Below, one piece after another: positions 1 through 13,359 of a DNA stretch of 64,000 nt (positions are counted from its first letter, which is position 1; the number at the start of each line of letters is the position of its first letter). The DNA is taken from positions 883,370 through 947,369 of the forward strand of contig JAPDFW010000125.1 in NCBI GenBank assembly GCA_028826165.1. The letters are read 5' to 3'. Position numbers and translations under genes: made by a program. The DNA is from Anaeramoeba ignava BMAN (lineage: Eukaryota; Protista; Anaeramoebae). Under the pieces are notes generated by a model that worked only from the letters and a program-made list of their open reading frames with translations, ran no database searches and was not told the origin of the DNA.

Positions 1-767
1 CAAAAGATCAATCAATTCCAATTCAAATTAAACTTCCTAAATTAAGATTTAATGAAAATATTTCTAATTATCATCTTTCTTGTGGAGATTACAAATCATT
101 TTTTTATTATTTACCTCCTTCTTATTCCAATCTTGAAGAAGATTTGATAAAATTATTTAGAAGAAAAGAATTTTGTGATATTTCATTTAAAACAAAAAAT
201 GGAGAAATAATCAAAGCTCATAAATTAATATTAAAATATAGATTAAATCAAAATCAAAATCAAATTGAAAAACTTCAAGAAATTATTTCAAAAAAATCAA
301 TTAAAGAATCAAATCAAATATTTGAAATGATTTATTCAAATAATTCCAAAATAAATCCAAAATTATATTCTGAAATCAAAGAAATTATAAATTCAAATGA
401 AAAAATTGAAGAAACAATTAAAAGAATTTATTTAAATGAAAATGAAAATGAAAAAGATTTTATAATTGAAAGAAAAGAAAAACAATATAAATTTCCAAAA
501 TTAATATTAATAATGAGAAGTGAATTATATCGAGGAATGTTTTTATCTGTAACAGAAGATACTTCTAATAAAGTTACAGATTATAGTGAATTAAGTGATA
601 AATCATTTCAAATATTTGAATATTGGATTTATTCAAATCAAATTAAAGAAGAAATTCAAATTACACAAGAAATAATTAATGAAATTCAAATTGGAATTGA
701 TTATTTTCAATTAAATCAAACAAATCCAAATTTATTTGATTTATTAATTAATAAATTTAATAATTAA
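1..767 (+). CDS. RCC1-repeat/BTB-domain protein, 3' part (5' end outside window)
   Basis: Frame is open from position 3 (KDQSIPIQIKLPKLRFNENISNYHLSCGDYKSFF, an RCC1-like repeat end) into two BTB-like segments (FCDISFKTKNGEIIKAHKLILKYR; KDFIIERKEKQYKFPKLILIMRSELYRGMF...FEYWIYSN). Stop at 765-767. Near-identical inverted copies lie at 60600-62337 and 63120-64000. Confidence 0.8.
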   Translation, partial: KDQSIPIQIKLPKLRFNENISNYHLSCGDYKSFFYYLPPSYSNLEEDLIKLFRRKEFCDISFKTKNGEIIKAHKLILKYRLNQNQNQIEKLQEIISKKSIKESNQIFEMIYSNNSKINPKLYSEIKEIINSNEKIEETIKRIYLNENENEKDFIIERKEKQYKFPKLILIMRSELYRGMFLSVTEDTSNKVTDYSELSDKSFQIFEYWIYSNQIKEEIQITQEIINEIQIGIDYFQLNQTNPNLFDLLINKFNN

Positions 768-1002
768 AATTAAAATTAAATTTAAAATTAAAATTAAGAT
801 TAAAATCAAAATCAAAATTAAAATTAAATTTAAAATTAAAATTAAAATTAAATTTAAAATTAAAATTAAGATTAAAATCAAAATTAAAATTAAAATTAAA
901 AAATTATTCTTTTGTTTTCCATTTTTCTTTAAAAAAAACAATTTTATAAAGAAAAATGAAATTTAAATTTTTAAAAGAAAAAGAATTTTTTTAAAAAATA
1001 TC

Positions 1003-3135
1003 CTATAATAGATAATCTTTATAAACTTCTAAATATTTTTCATCTTCTTTTTCTTCATTAACATTTGCTTGATCAAATTTTTCAATTTCAGATTTAACAA
1101 TTTTTTGGAAAAGTTCTTTTTTTTGAAAATTTGAAGCAGAAGAAATAATATTATCGATATTAAAATAATAATATTTTTTATTAGAACAAGTATCTTCTAG
1201 TTTAACTGTTCTCAAAATTTTAAAATGTGCAAAAATTTGATCAACTGATAAAACTTTAGAAAGAATATTTTGTGAACGATGAAAAATTGCCAAAGTAAAA
1301 CTTAAAATCGAAATTTCCGGATCATGTTCAAAAATAAACATATCCCAAAAACGAATTCCAAACCACAAAGCAGAATTTGATAAAAATAAAGAGGGAAGCC
1401 AACTTCCCGCTATAAATTCAACTAAAAATCCAATTTCTTCAAATTTTTTATAAACTTTAGGAAGAAATGCTTGAATTAATTGATTTAAAACTGTTGTTAA
1501 TTTTCTTAGTCCATAAACATTATTTTTGTAAATTTCTATCAATCTATATTCAGACATCACATGATTTAATAACCAAAATGCATCTTCTGTTGAAAGATAC
1601 AGTAAAAATAAAGCTGCAATAAAAGCCATTCCTTGAGCATATTGAACATCATTTCGATGTGAAGAAAACGCTAATAAAACTGTTCTTAATTCTTCAATTC
1701 TTTTAATTTTGAATTTTAATTTAATTTTTAATTTTTAATTTTGAATTTTTGAATTTTAATTTAATTTTTAATTTTGAATTTTAATTTAATTTTTAATTTT
1801 TAATTTTAATTACCCTTTTTTGAATTATTTCAGGAAATGTTCTTGACCATGAAAATATTGAATTTTTCAAGGAAATGTTCTATTTAAATCTTATTTAATT
1901 GAAAATTCATGATCTGAAGGCCATTTTATATTTAATATTTAAATAATTTTAATATATAATTTTGATTTCCATATTTAAATCAAATATTTAATATTTAATT
2001 TAATATTCGATATTTAATATTTAATATATTTAATATTTAATATTTAATATATAATTCTAATATTTAATATTTAATATTTAATATCTAATATTTAATATTT
2101 AAATCAATTTATTTAATATTTAATATTTAATATTTAATATTTAATATTTAATATTTAATATTTAATATTTAGTATTTAATATTTAATATTTAATATTTAA
2201 TATTTAATATTTAAATCAATTTATTTAATATTTAATATTTATTTATTTAATATTTAATATTTAATATTTAAATCAATTTATTTAATATTTAATATATATA
2301 TTTAATTTAAATATTTAATAAATCGATTTTCACTTCAAATAATTCAGGACTTTTCTCTTTAGCAATAACAGCACCAGAAATATTCATCCAAATTTTCCCT
2401 CTTAAAGAAGAAGGAACACCTTTTCTTGCCAATACTTTCAATTTCTCTAAATTTCCTTGAATAATACTTAATGGTTGATTAACAATATTACTCCATTTTT
2501 TCATAACTTTTTTTTTCTCTTCTTCTGGTTTTACAATTCCATCGACTTCAATAAGTCTTTTTTCAACTTGAATTCTTTTAAGATGTTTTTCACGTGATTT
2601 ATCAATTGCATCAACCCAAATATTTCTTTCTTCCTCAGTTTTTTGCTTCCAATGTATAAACACGAGTTGGGATTCGAACAAAAAATCTTGTGTTTATTTC
2701 TTTATTTTGTTCAACTTCTGATTTTGTTAAATCAATTACTCCTCTTGGTGTGCAATCCTTAATATATTTTTGTTTTTCATTCCATTTGATTTTTTTTTGT
2801 TTATTTTTTTAATTTCATTTTTCAACTTGATTTTTTTTTTTAAAATTTTTTTTTTACTTCTTTTGCAACAAAATATAAAAGTACTCCATCATTTAAAACA
2901 AAAAATCGACTTTTAAAAATATTTTAAATTTAATTTTCAATTTAATTTTCAATTTAATTTTCAATTTAAATTTTAATTTAATTTTCAGTTAAATTTTTTC
3001 AATTTAATTTTTCTTTTACTTTTTCCAATTCTTTACAACTCCTCCTAATTTGGTTAAAAAACCAGTTTTTTCATTTTCTAAATCTTTTGCTTGTTTTTGA
3101 GATTGATTATTATTATTATTATTTTTTGGATTCAT
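1003..3135 (-). CDS. PH-domain + TBC (Rab-GAP) protein, multi-exon
   Basis: ATG at 3135. PH motifs: KTGFLTKLGGVVKNWK, RFFVLNDGVLLYF, PRGVIDL, EEERNIWVDAI. TBC motifs: ARKGVPSSLRGKIW, DLNRTF, YAQGMAFIAALFLLY, RFWDMFIFE. A +1 homopolymer frameshift sits at about 2639-2644, with further indels near 1830-1900. Confidence 0.85.
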
Positions 3136-3339
3136 TTATCTCATCAAAAAAAATGAAAAAATGAAAAAATGAAAAAATGAAAAAAAATTTTAATTTTGTT
3201 TTTGTTTTCTGGTAAATTTTATTAGAAAATTTAAATGAAAATTATTAAATTGAAAAAAGTAAAAGTAAAAGTAAAATAAAGAAAGAAAGAAATGATTATT
3301 ATTTTCAAAAATACAAAATTGCCAAGTCATTAAATTTTT

Positions 3340-3790
3340 TGTTGAATAAATGTTTTTTGTTTAATAAATGTTTTTGTTGAATAAATGTTTTTTTATTGCT
3401 AAATGTTTTTGTTGAATAAATGTTTTTGTTTAAATAAATGTTTGTTAAATAAATGTTTGTTTTTATTGAATGTTTTTTGTTGAATATTTGTTGAATATTT
3501 TTTGTTGAATAAATGTTTTTGTTTAATAAATGTTTTTTTTTAATAAATGTTTTTGTTGAATAAATGTTTTTGTTTAATAAATGTTTTTTTATTGCTAAAT
3601 GTTTTTGTTGAATAAATGTTTTTTGTTTAATAAATGTTTTTGTTGAATAAATGTTTTTTGTTGAATAAATGTTTTTTGTTGAATAAATGTTTTTTTAAAT
3701 AAATGTTTTTTTAAATAAATGTTTTTTAAATAAATGTTTGTTTAAATAAATGTTTGTTTTTGTAAATGTTTTTTTATTGCTAAATGTTTT
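3340..3790. repeat. Tandem repeat, unit about TTTTTGTTGAATAAATGT (17-20 bp)
   Basis: About 20 or more degenerate copies are visible directly. Confidence 0.85.
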
Positions 3791-4294
3791 CATCCATATT
3801 TTCAGTTGATGACGTTTTTATTTCATGTTTAGGAAAGAAATCAATAGGAGTTGAATGGAAATAACGAATTGCAACCAACATTAAAAAAAGAATTACACAC
3901 TTTTTTTTTGTAATTAAAATTTAATAATTTTTGTTTTATTTTATTTAATTTTTTGTTTACAATTAAAGCTGCAATAATTGAACGTTTAACACAATTTGTT
4001 CGATTTCTTCGATTTTCAAAAAAAAGCATTTTAAATTTTTAATAAAAAAGAAAAGAAATCAAAGAAAACAAATGATGTTTTTATTGTTTTAAAAAAAAAA
4101 AGGAAAAAATGAAAAACAAAATTTTTTTTAAATTAAAAATTTTTAAATAAAAAAAGGAGAAAAAATTTTTTTTCATTTTTTTTCTTCATTTCAATTTTCC
4201 TTTTTTTTTTTCAAAACAAAACCAAAAACAAAACAAAACAAAAAACAAAAACAAAATTAAATATAAAATAAATTAAACAAAAATAAAAAAGAAA

Positions 4295-6662
4295 ATGTCA
4301 ATTATAAAGTTTATTCTTTTTACAAGTTTTCTTTTTTTAACTTTTTCAATGAAATTAGATTCAGATTTTAAAAAGGATGCACATTGGACATTTTATACTA
4401 AGTTTTGTTTTGATAAAAGTTCAACACGTTAAGTTTAAAATTCTTTTATTTTTAACAAAAAAAAAATTTTAATTTTTTATTATTATTTTTATTTTTTAGA
4501 TTATGGAAATTTTACTTGGGATGTTGTTGTTAACCATGATGCTTATCAATGGGCATTTTATGATGATAATTCTAACTCTTGGCCTGCAGTAAGCTTACAA
4601 ATCCTTTTCTCCATTTTCATTTAATTTCAATTTTAATTCTCAATTTTTAATTTAAATTTTAATTTTAATTTTAATTTTAATTTTAATTTTAATTTTAAGT
4701 TTTAATTTTAATTTTAATTTTAATTTTAATTTTAATTTTAATTTTAATTTTAATTTTAATTTTAATTTTAATTTTAATTTTAATTTTAATTTTAATTTTG
4801 ATTTTATAAATGAATTTAATTTTAATTTTAATTTTAATTTTAATTTTAATTTTAATTTTAATTTTAATTATAATTTTAATTTTAATTTTAATTTAATTTC
4901 AATTTAATTTTTAATTTTAATTTTATAAATAATTTTTTTAAATGAATTTTAATTTTAATTTTAAATGAATTTTAATTTTAATTTTAATTTTATAAATGAA
5001 TTTTAATTTTAATTTTAATTTTAATTTTGATTTTAATTTTAATTTTAATTTTAATTTTAATTTTCAATTTTAATTTTAATTTTAATTTTAATTTTAATTT
5101 TAATTTTAATTTTAATTTTTATAAATTTTGAAATTTAATTTATTTATCTAGGTTTATGATTCAAATGAAAATTGTAACACTAAAGTATCTAAAGCACTTG
5201 CAACATCTTATATTGATACATTTATTCCAGGATATTATGAATTTTTTGATCAATCAAGACCAAGATTTTGGTATTTTGCACTTGCTAATTGTCAAAACGA
5301 TCAGCTCGATATGACTTATGTTGATATTCATATTTGGAATCCAGAAGCCTCAAAATGGAATAAAGAATTTTCTTGCAATGAACAAGGTTTTTATCGAATA
5401 CTAAAAACAATTTAATCAAAAATCATATAATTTGTTTTTATTTAAAATTTTTTTTTTTGATTTTAAAAGGATTGGTTGCTTTGTTTTTAGTTTTTATGAT
5501 ATTTTTCTTGATTCTATTGATCATCTATTCTATTGCAGCTATAAAAATTTATAAAAAAGATAGTTTGCATGCTGTATAATTTTATATTTATTTAAAAAAC
5601 CAATTTTTATTATTAAAATTTACTTATTTTTTTTATAAATCATTTTTTTTTAAGTTGGCTCGTTTATTTTTATTGACTATTTATCTTCAAACACTTGGTT
5701 TAATTGCTATTTTTGCTCATTTTGCTGCATATGCAAAAGATGGAAAAGGATCTTTTGGACTTAGAGTAATTTAAAATTTTTAAATTTTTAATTCTAATTT
5801 TTTAAATTTTATTTTTTAATTTTTTGATTTTTTAGGTTTTTGGAGAACGTAATTATTTCTTTATTCCAAAAAATATTTTTTATATTTTTTATATTTTTAC
5901 ATGAAAACAAAGAAAATATTTTAAAAAAAATTTTTAAAAAAAATTCTTATTTACATGAAAATAAAATTAAAACTTCATTTTAGTTCTTGAAGTTGTTTCC
6001 GCAGTTCTCCTCATGTTTTTTGTTTTATTAGTTGCTAAAGGATGGTTGATTTCAAGAAATTTCATTACACGCAAAAAAATATTATTTGGAGTTATTGTTG
6101 TTCTTTTATTACTTTACATAGCAATGCATATTGTTGGTTATGCAACAATGAATAGAGCAACAACTACTTATATTTGGGAGACTGTACCTGGAATTATTAT
6201 TCTTTGTTTCCGAGTTTTAATTATGATTTGGTTCATTTTTGAAATTATTCGAACTTTTAAATTTGAAGAAGATCCTGATAAAAAGCGTTTTTATAAATTG
6301 TTCGGCTTTATTTTTTCAGTTTGGTTTCTTTGTCTTCCTGTTATTGTTATTATTGCTTCAATAATTTCTGCAACTTATAGAGAAAAAGTAATTTAATTTA
6401 TAATTTAAAATTTATAATTTATTTATAATTTTATTTCTTTTTTCATGTTATTGGAAATTTATTTATAATTTTATTTTTTATTTTTTAAAAGACCGCAACA
6501 GCTTTAATTCTTGTTTTTGAAATGGTTTTTTATTCTATCTTGATTTATTTAATGTGGCCTTCAAGAACAGATAAATTTTTCAAAATTAGACTTTATGGAA
6601 CTGAAGAAACAATGACTCTTTCTTCAAATCAAACAGCAGAAAGAGCTTTTGATGAATTATGA
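4295..6662 (+). CDS. TMEM145/GPR180-like 7TM protein (GOST family), multi-exon
   Basis: Signal-peptide-like start MSIISLFFFTSFLFLTFS. Motifs FYTKFCF, RPRFWYFALANC, EFSCNEQ, YAKDGKG, LLVAKGWLISR and FSVWFLCLPVIVIIA. GT-AG introns, including a 13-nt exon at 5836-5848. Ends AFDEL*. Confidence 0.8.
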
Positions 6663-6900
6663 TTTAATTCTCAATTTCATTTTCTTTTATTTCCTTACAA
6701 TTTAAATTCATTCCAAATTAATTCTAAAAAGAAAGAAAAAGAAAATTTTTTTTCATTCATTTTTTTTTTTTTTTGATTTTGGTTTTAATTTACTTTTTCA
6801 AATAAAGTTTGGAACAGAAAATAAAAGTTCCATTTCTAAAAAATTTGATCAAAGAAAAATTTTTCATTTTTTTTTCATTTTTTTCATTTTTCTTTTTACT

Positions 6901-9739
6901 ATGTCAGTTAAAGAAACTGAATATTATGATATTTTAGGTGTTTTACCAAAAGCAAGTGAAGTAAGTAAACAATTTAAAAAAGAAAAAAGAAAAAAGAAAA
7001 AAAAAAAGAAAAAAATTTATTATAATTTATTTATAAAATTAAGAATTCTATTAAAAGAGCTTATAGAAAACTTGCATTAAAATATCATCCTGATAGAAAT
7101 CCAATTGGAAGTGAGATGGTAATTTTAATTTATAAAGGATATATTTTTTTTCCAATTTAAAATTCAACTTGTTAAAAAATTTATAATAAAAAATTCAAGT
7201 TTAAAAAAGTTGCAAAAGCTTATGAAATTTTAAGTAATCCAGAAACAAGAAAAAAATATGATAAATATGGAAAGAAAAAAGTTGAATTTAAAGTTGATCC
7301 TCATAGAGTTTTTTCTTCATTTTTTGGAGTTACTGGTTTTGATGGATTATGTTTGCTTTTATAATTAAATTCCAAAACCAAATTCAAATTCAAAACAAAA
7401 TCAAATTTAAAATCAAAATCAAATTCAAATTCAAATTCAAATTCAAAATTCAAAATTCAAATTCAAATTCCAAATTCAAATTCCAAATTCAAAATCAAAA
7501 CCAAATTCAAATTCAAATTCCAAATTCAAATTCAAAATCAAATTCAAAATCAAAATCAAAATCAAAATAAAAATCAAAATCAAAATCAAAATCAAAATAA
7601 AAATCAAAATCAAATTCAATATAAAAATGAAATTCAAATTTAAATTCAAAATCAAAATTCAAATTCAAATTCTAAATCAAAATCAAATTCAAATTCAAAT
7701 TCAAAATTCAAATTCAAAATCAAATTCAAAATCAAAATTCAAATTCAAATTCAAATTCAAAATCAAATTCAAATTCAAAATTCAAAATCAAATTCAAATT
7801 CAAATTTAAATTCAAATTTAAATTCAAATTTAAATTCAAATTCAAATTCAAATTCAAATTCAAATTCAAATTCAAATTCAAATTCAAAATTAAAATCAAA
7901 ATCAATATAAAAATTCAAATTCAAAATCAAAATCAAAATCAAATTCAAATTCAAATTCAAATTCAAATTCAAAACTCAAATTTAAATTCAAATTCAAATT
8001 CAAAATCAAATTCAAATTCAAATTCAAATTCAAATTCAAATTCAAATTCAAAATCAAATTCAAATTCAAAATCAAAATTCAAATTCAAAATCAAAATCAA
8101 ATTCAAATTCAAATTCAAATTCAAAATCAAATTCAAAATCAAATTCAAAATTAAAAATCAAAATCAAATTCAAATTCAAATTCAAAATCAAATTCAAATT
8201 CAAAATCAAAATCAAATTCAAAACAAAAAATCAAAATCAAAACCAAAATCAAAATTCAAATTCAAATTCAAAATCAAATTCAAATTCAAATTTAAATTCA
8301 AATTCAAAATCAAATTCAAAATCAAATTCAAATTCAAATTCAAATTCAAATTCAAAATTAAAATCAAAATCAAATTCTAAATCAAAATTCAAAATCAAAA
8401 TTCAAATTCAAAAATCAATATAAAAATCAATATAAAAATCAATATAAAAATCAATATAAAAATCAATATAAAAATTTAAAATATTTTAGCTAAAAATAAT
8501 CAACTTGAATCAAGAACAATAAGAGGAGAGGATCTTATACATTATTTTCTTGTTTCTTTAGAAGATTTATATAAAGGGAAAAGAACACAAATTTCTATTA
8601 AGCGTAAAATAATTTGTGATGTTTGTGATGGGTTAGTTTGCATTTTAAATTATTATTTAAATTAAATTAATTTTTTTATTGATTTAAAATAATATTTAAA
8701 TAATAGAAAAGGAACTGATAAAGAAAATGCTATTCAAACTTGTGAAACTTGTGCGGGAAGAGGTGTTATTTTAGTTTCAAGGCAATTTGGTCAAGGAATA
8801 GTTGAACAATTTAGTGAAAGATGTCATGCTTGTAATGGAAAAGGTACAACAGTTCTAAAAGGTTTTGAATGTGAAAAATGTAAAGGAAAAAAAGTTATTG
8901 CTCAAGAAAAAGTATTGGATGTTTTCATTGAAAGAGGAATGAAAGAAGGTGAAAAAATTATATTTCAAGGAGAAGGTGATCAATATGTAAGTTTAATTTT
9001 TCATTTTTTAAAAAAAAAAATTTTCCCTAAAAGTAAAAAATTTTTTTTCCCTCATTTTAAAAAAAAACAAAACAATAAAAAAACCGTTTTTTTTTTTTAA
9101 TTTTTTTCTTTCAAATCTTTCCTTAAAAAAGCCTGGTGTAATTCCTGGTGATATTATAGTTATTATCCAAGAAAAACCTCATCCAATTTTTAAAAGAAGT
9201 GGAACTGATCTTTTTATTAGAAAACAAATTACTTTAGTTGAAGCACTTTGTGGATTTAAAATATCAATTGATCATTTAGATCAAAGAAGATTAGTTGTTA
9301 AATCAGTAAAAGGTGATGTAATTTCACCAGGAGATATAAGAGGGGTTTTAGGACAAGGAATGCCTTTAAGGGAAAATAACTTGCAATTTGGAAGATTATT
9401 TATTCGATTTTCAGTTAAATTTCCTGAGAAAGGATGGATTGATTCAACTAAACAATCTGTAATAAATAAAAAGAATTTTTCATTTTAAAAAAAAAAAATT
9501 TAAAATTTAAAATTTTCCTTCCTTTTTTCTTTTTTCTTTTTTCTTTTTTCTTTAAGTCTTTAATTAAATTACTTCCTAAACCTCAAGAACCAAATGATTT
9601 TGAAGATCAACCATTAAGAGTTGAATTTGGAAAAGCTATTGAAATTGATGTAAATGAAAAATCTACAAATCAAAAAGATCTTGAAAAGATTTCTCAAATG
9701 AAAGAAAATGAAGAACATGGAGCTTGTGAACAATTTTAA
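6901..9739 (+). CDS. Type I (DNAJA/Ydj1-like) Hsp40 co-chaperone
   Basis: J domain (ETEYYDILGV...AYRKLALKYHPDRN...AYEILSNPETRKKYDKYG), four CxxCxGxG/K zinc-finger motifs, PGDIIVIIQEKPHPIFKRSG and ITLVEALCGF. C-terminal CaaX-like CEQF*. Confidence 0.92.
7360..8480. repeat. Intronic microsatellite (TTCAAA/ATCAAA)n in DnaJ gene
   Basis: About 1.1 kb of hexamer repeat between the GT donor near 7347 and the AG acceptor at 8488-8489. Confidence 0.85.
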
Positions 9740-9862
9740 TTTTTCAAAATGAGAACAAAAATAAATTCCACTTTTTTTTTTTTTAATCCAATTTTCCCAA
9801 AAAAAAAAAAATTCTTTTTTTTTAAAATTTAAAATGATTAAAAAAAGTGGAAAATAAATTAA

Positions 9863-12800
9863 TTAATTTTCTTTCTTTTCTTCTTGATTATTGTTATTGT
9901 TATTGTTATTGTTATTGTCTTCTTTTGGATTTAATTTCTTTAATTCTTCATTTTCTTTTGTTAATTCTTCAATTTTTAATTTTTGTTGATTTACTTTAGT
10001 TGTTAAACTTTTATTAAGTGATTTCATTAAACCAATTTCAAATATATGTTGATTTTCTGTTTTAACTGCTTCATTTTTTAAATCTTCAATTTGTTCTTGT
10101 AATTCTTTAAGTTGATCTTCTAAATTTTTGATTCTTGGATTTTCAACTTGATTTTCAACTTCAAGTTCATTTTCTTCAATTGATTTCGTTTGATTTCTTG
10201 AATTTGAAGAAAGATCAAATTTTGGAGAATTTGCAGGTGAAACAAGTGTTCTAGCTTGATTTATAATAGAACGAACATCTAAAACAGGTTTTTTATTTTC
10301 AATTCTAAAAGGGTACTTTTTAAAGAAAATCATTTTAAAAATTAAAATTAAAATTCATTTAAAAATTGAAATTAATATTAATATTATAATTAAATTCCAT
10401 TTTGAAATTATTGTTAATACTGATTTTTCTTCGCTATTTTCTTGCTTCCAAACATAATCTTTGAAAAGAGAAGTTTGACAAAAATCAAAAACAAATTCTT
10501 CTTTTTTAGAAGGAAATTTCTTTTCTTTAACACTAAATAAGAAAATTTCTGTAAATTTTCTAAATTGATTTCTAACCCATTTTTCATCAACACTTTCTTC
10601 TTCAATTTTTTGGATCATTTCTTGAATAAAAACTTTATCATCAGAATTTAATTTAATTTCTGAAAAATTATTATGAGATTGAATAACTTTTCCTTGTTTA
10701 AAAGAAACAAGAAAATCCCATAAATCTGTTTTTTCTTCCAAAATAAAATTAGAAGTTCCAGCAATAAAAGTGTTTTTTTTAATTGGAGAAATATCAGTTA
10801 AAGAAAAATAAGGAATTAAAAATTTTCTAAGTCCTTTGATTGGTAAAATTAAAGAAGGAGTAGAAATAACAGATGAACCAACAATATTTGCTTGATCTGC
10901 AACAAAAATCACACGTGATTCAAGAAGAATAGCATGCCATATTATCATCACATCTTCTTTAAAACTCTTTATAAGTCGAATAAGTGATGATCCTAAAATT
11001 TCATCATCTTGTAAAATTGGTAAACTAACTGGAAAGCTTTGTCCCCATATTTTTACACTTTGTTTCTTAAATAACATCGAATTTAATGATGAATGCAATG
11101 TTTTTAATGAATTAATGCTTTTTGTTTTCAAATAATCATCTAATCCTCCTCGTAAAAATGGTAAAAATAATGTAAAATATGGATAATAACTTAGTAATAA
11201 TATTGATATTTGTATCGCTCCTCTTGTTGTTTCTTTTGATGGAATTGATTTAAAGTAAGCTAATCCATACAGAAATGGTTCTTTTTCATTTTTGAATTCT
11301 ATTTTAAATAAATATTAAAATTAAATATTAAAATAAATATTAAAATAAATATTAAAATAAATATTGAATTAAATATTAAAATATTTAAATAAATATTAAA
11401 ATAAATATTGAATTAAATATTAAATTAAATATTAAAATAAATATTAAAATAAATATTAAAATAAATATTAAAATAAATATTAAAATAAATATTAAAATAA
11501 ATATTAAAATAAATATTAAAATAAATATTTAAATAAATATTAAAATAAATATTAAAATAAATATTGAAATAAATATTAAATTAAATATTAAATTAAATAA
11601 AAATTAAAATTAAAATAAATAAAAAAAAATAAATATTAAAATTAAATATTTAATTAAATATTAAAATAAATATTAAAAATAAATAAAAAAATAAAATTAA
11701 AATAAATATTAAAATAAAAATAATAAAAAAATAAATATTAAAAATAAATATTAAAAATAAATATTAAAAATAAATATTAAATTAAATATTAAATATTAAA
11801 ATAAATATTAAAATAAAATATAAAAACAAAATTGAAATAAAATTGAAATAAATAATATAAAAATAAATAAATTTAAATAAATAATTAACATTTAATTAAA
11901 ATTAAAATTAAATATTAAAAATAAATATAAAAAATAAAATTAAAATAAAAATATTAAATAAACATTAAATATTAAAATATTAAAATAAAATTAAAATTAA
12001 AATAAATAAAAATAAAATTAAAAAAAAATTAAAATTAAATAAAATTAAAATATTAAAAAAAATATTAAAAATAAAATATTAAAAAAAATATAAAAATAAA
12101 TATTAAAAAAAAAAACATTAAAAAAAAAATAAAATAAATATTAAAAATAAAATTAAAATAAATATTAAAATAAATATTAAAATAAATATTAAAAAAAAAA
12201 AAAATAAATAAAAATAAAATAAAAAAAATTAAAATTAAATAAATATTAAAATAAATATTAAAATAAATATTTAAAACAAATATTAAAATAAATATTAAAA
12301 TAAAATAAAACAAATATTAAAATAAATATTAAAATAAAAATATTAAAACAAATATTAAAAAAATAAATATTAAAATAAATATTAAAAATAAAATAAAATT
12401 AAATAAATAAAAAAAAATAAATATTAAAAATAAAAAAATTAAAATTAAAATTAAAAAAATTAAATATTAAAAATAAGCTTATTAAAAATAAAATTAAATT
12501 AAATTAAATATTAAAATAAAATATTAAAATTTAAATATTAAAATTGTTCAAATATTAAAAATAAATAATAAAAATAAATATAAAAATAAAAATAAATAAA
12601 AATAAAATAAAATTAAATATTAAAATAAATATTAAAATAAATATTAAAATTAAATATTAAAATAAATATTAAAATAAATATTAAAATAAATATTAAAATA
12701 AAATTTAATAAAATAAATATTAAAATATTAAAATTAAAATTAATAAAATAAATATTGAATTAAATATTAAAAATCATTTAAAATAAATATTAAATAAATA

Positions 12801-13179
12801 TTAAAATAAATATTAAAATAAATATTAAATTTAAATATTAATATAAATATTTAATTAAATATTAAATTAAATATTAAAATAAATATTTAATTAAATTTAC
12901 CTTCTTCATTTTCTAAATTTAGGATCATATAACATAAATCTTCTTCACGAGAATGACCACCATCTGGTATTGATAAACTTGCTAAATTTTTTATATCATA
13001 ATCTTTAAATGTAAATTCAGGATATCTTTGAGTTAAATTATTTCCAAGAGAAATATCAAATTCTATTTAAAAAAAAAAATTTATTTTTTATTATTTTTTA
13101 TTATTTTTTATTATTTTTTAATTTTAAAAAACAAACCAGCAATAGAAATTGAATGAACTGGTTTTTTTAAATTTTGCAT
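9863..13179 (-). CDS. Afi1/AVL9-like DENN-fold protein with C-terminal coiled coil
   Basis: ATG at 13179. Motifs AEFDISLGNNLTQRYP, SLSIPDGGHSREED, RGAIQISILLLSYYPYFTLFLPFL, IIWHAILLESRVIF and PYFSLTD...FIAGTSN resemble the Afi1/AVL9/SPA families. A 1.6-kb AT-repeat intron spans about 11300-12900. Confidence 0.7.
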
Positions 13180-13359
13180 TTTATATTCTTTTATTTTGAT
13201 TAAAATTAAGGAAAAAAAATGAAAAAAAAAAAAACTGAAAAAAAAAAAAATTTTTTTAATTAATTTTATTTATTTTTTTTTTTGATAAAGTAAACAAAAA
13301 AGAGGAAAAAAAGGAAAAAAAGGAAAAAAAAAAGTGGAAAAAAAGTGGAAAAAAAAAGA

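Noticed and set aside
6640-6662. C-terminal FDEL as an ER-retrieval signal
   Set aside because: The C-terminus of a 7TM protein with a luminal N-terminus is cytosolic, so a KDEL-receptor signal would not function there.
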